From contig JAUCBJ010009122.1 of the NCBI GenBank assembly GCA_032718475.1, positions 1-38,282 on the forward strand: a stretch of 38,282 nt of DNA, written 5' to 3'. This document shows, in pieces, positions 37,169 through 38,282 of this stretch; position 1 is the first letter of the stretch, and each line of letters starts with the position of its first letter. The position numbers were made by a program, and so were the translations under genes. This stretch comes from Nemertoderma westbladi. Its lineage: Eukaryota > Animalia > Xenacoelomorpha. Under the pieces are notes generated by a model, which was given only the letters and a program-made list of their open reading frames with translations, did no database searches and had not been told where the DNA came from.

Positions 37169-37329
37169 TTAAGTAGGCCTAATATAATAAATATAATAAT
37201 ATAATTAAGTAGGATAGGATATCCATATTTTGAGGGTTATTGGAGATTTTTTCGGGACGAGTCACCCCAACGACTGCTTATTAAGCACTCGTCGGGCTGA
37301 CTCGTCCCGAAAAAACTCGTCCCGCTTAA

Positions 37330-38282
37330 CCATATTACCACTGGGGGGGGGGGGGGGGGGGGGGGGCGAATCGGCCCCTTCCTAGTTTTTAGTTGCTGTA
37401 ACTATGCAACCACATTACGTACCGGCCCAATTTTTATTGAGAATTAGCCAAATTTAATGCCGCATCTTTTGCAAAAAACGACGTTGCAATTGGATTTCTA
37501 CTTTTCGATGTGGGTGCCACCTCAAAATTTGGTCTCCAGCACCAAATTTTTTGAAATTTTCGAATTTTACAAAGTCATTCGTGATTTAGTAATTATTTAT
37601 GTTTGGGCTATTTTTATTTATTTTTATTGGTTTGGATCACTCTAATGCTCTATACAAGTATGTAAGTGTAGTGGTACGTCATTTTTGGAGCACCAAAATT
37701 AGGGCGTGGCACTTTAAAATTTCAAAATTACTTTATTCGGAAAATTTACTAAAGTTTTGATTTCGAAGCATTTTTATTGGTTTTCTGGAGCGCTGAATCG
37801 ATTGAAAGTAATATAGAAGCCTGAAGACTTAGTGGTTCGCCATTTTTGGTGCACCAAAATTAGGGCGTGGCACTTCAAATTTTGAAAAATACGAGATTCG
37901 GAAAATACACTAAAGTTTTGATTTGCAAAGCATTTTTATAGGTTTTCTGGAGCGCTGAATCGATTGAAAGTAATATAGAAGCCTGAAGACTTAGTGGTTC
38001 GCCATTTTTGGTGCACCAAAATTAGGGCGTGGCACTTCAAATTTTGAAAAATACGAGATTCGGAAAATACACTAAAGTTTTGATTTCAAAGCATTTTTAT
38101 AGGTTTTCTGGAGCGCTGAATCGATTGAAAGTAATATAGAAGCCTCAAGATCCTTAGTGGTTCGCCATTTTCGGTGCACCAAAATTAGGGCGTGGCACTT
38201 CTAAATTTTCAAAATTACTTTATTCGGAAAAAACACTAAAGTTTTGATTTCAAAAAATGGCTAACCTCCTAAGTCTTCAGGC
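37330..38282 (+). mobile_element. piggyBac-like non-autonomous element with internal ~162-bp tandem repeats, running off the window
   Basis: TTAA (37326-37329) followed by CCATATTACCACTGGG. GCACCAAAATTAGGGCGTGGCACTT recurs at 37690, 37851, 38013 and 38176. Confidence 0.6.

Overview
Eukaryotic, AT-rich, repeat-dominated DNA, probably from an invertebrate animal. I see no prokaryotic operon, CRISPR array or rRNA. Bases 1-23349 are a tandem array of a ~2.0-kb unit, about 11 copies visible and running off the left edge. Each unit carries a 108-bp minus-strand fragment of an RTE LINE reverse transcriptase exactly at the inferred unit junction. The array is interrupted by a ~1-kb deletion with templated filler (6701-6715), an ~840-bp TIR MITE (9488-10328), a 100-N assembly gap, and a young, apparently 5'-truncated CRE-like non-LTR retrotransposon (RT C-terminus, CCHC knuckle, restriction-like endonuclease, poly-A). 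That element's 5' junction is built from scrambled copies of its target site. Bases 23350-38282 are a patchwork of decayed RTE copies, three long inverted-repeat pairs, micro- and minisatellites, many pure poly-G/C tracts, piggyBac-like ends and one or two candidate minus-strand exons with weak GH20-like similarity. All identities and family calls are by eye; no searches were run.
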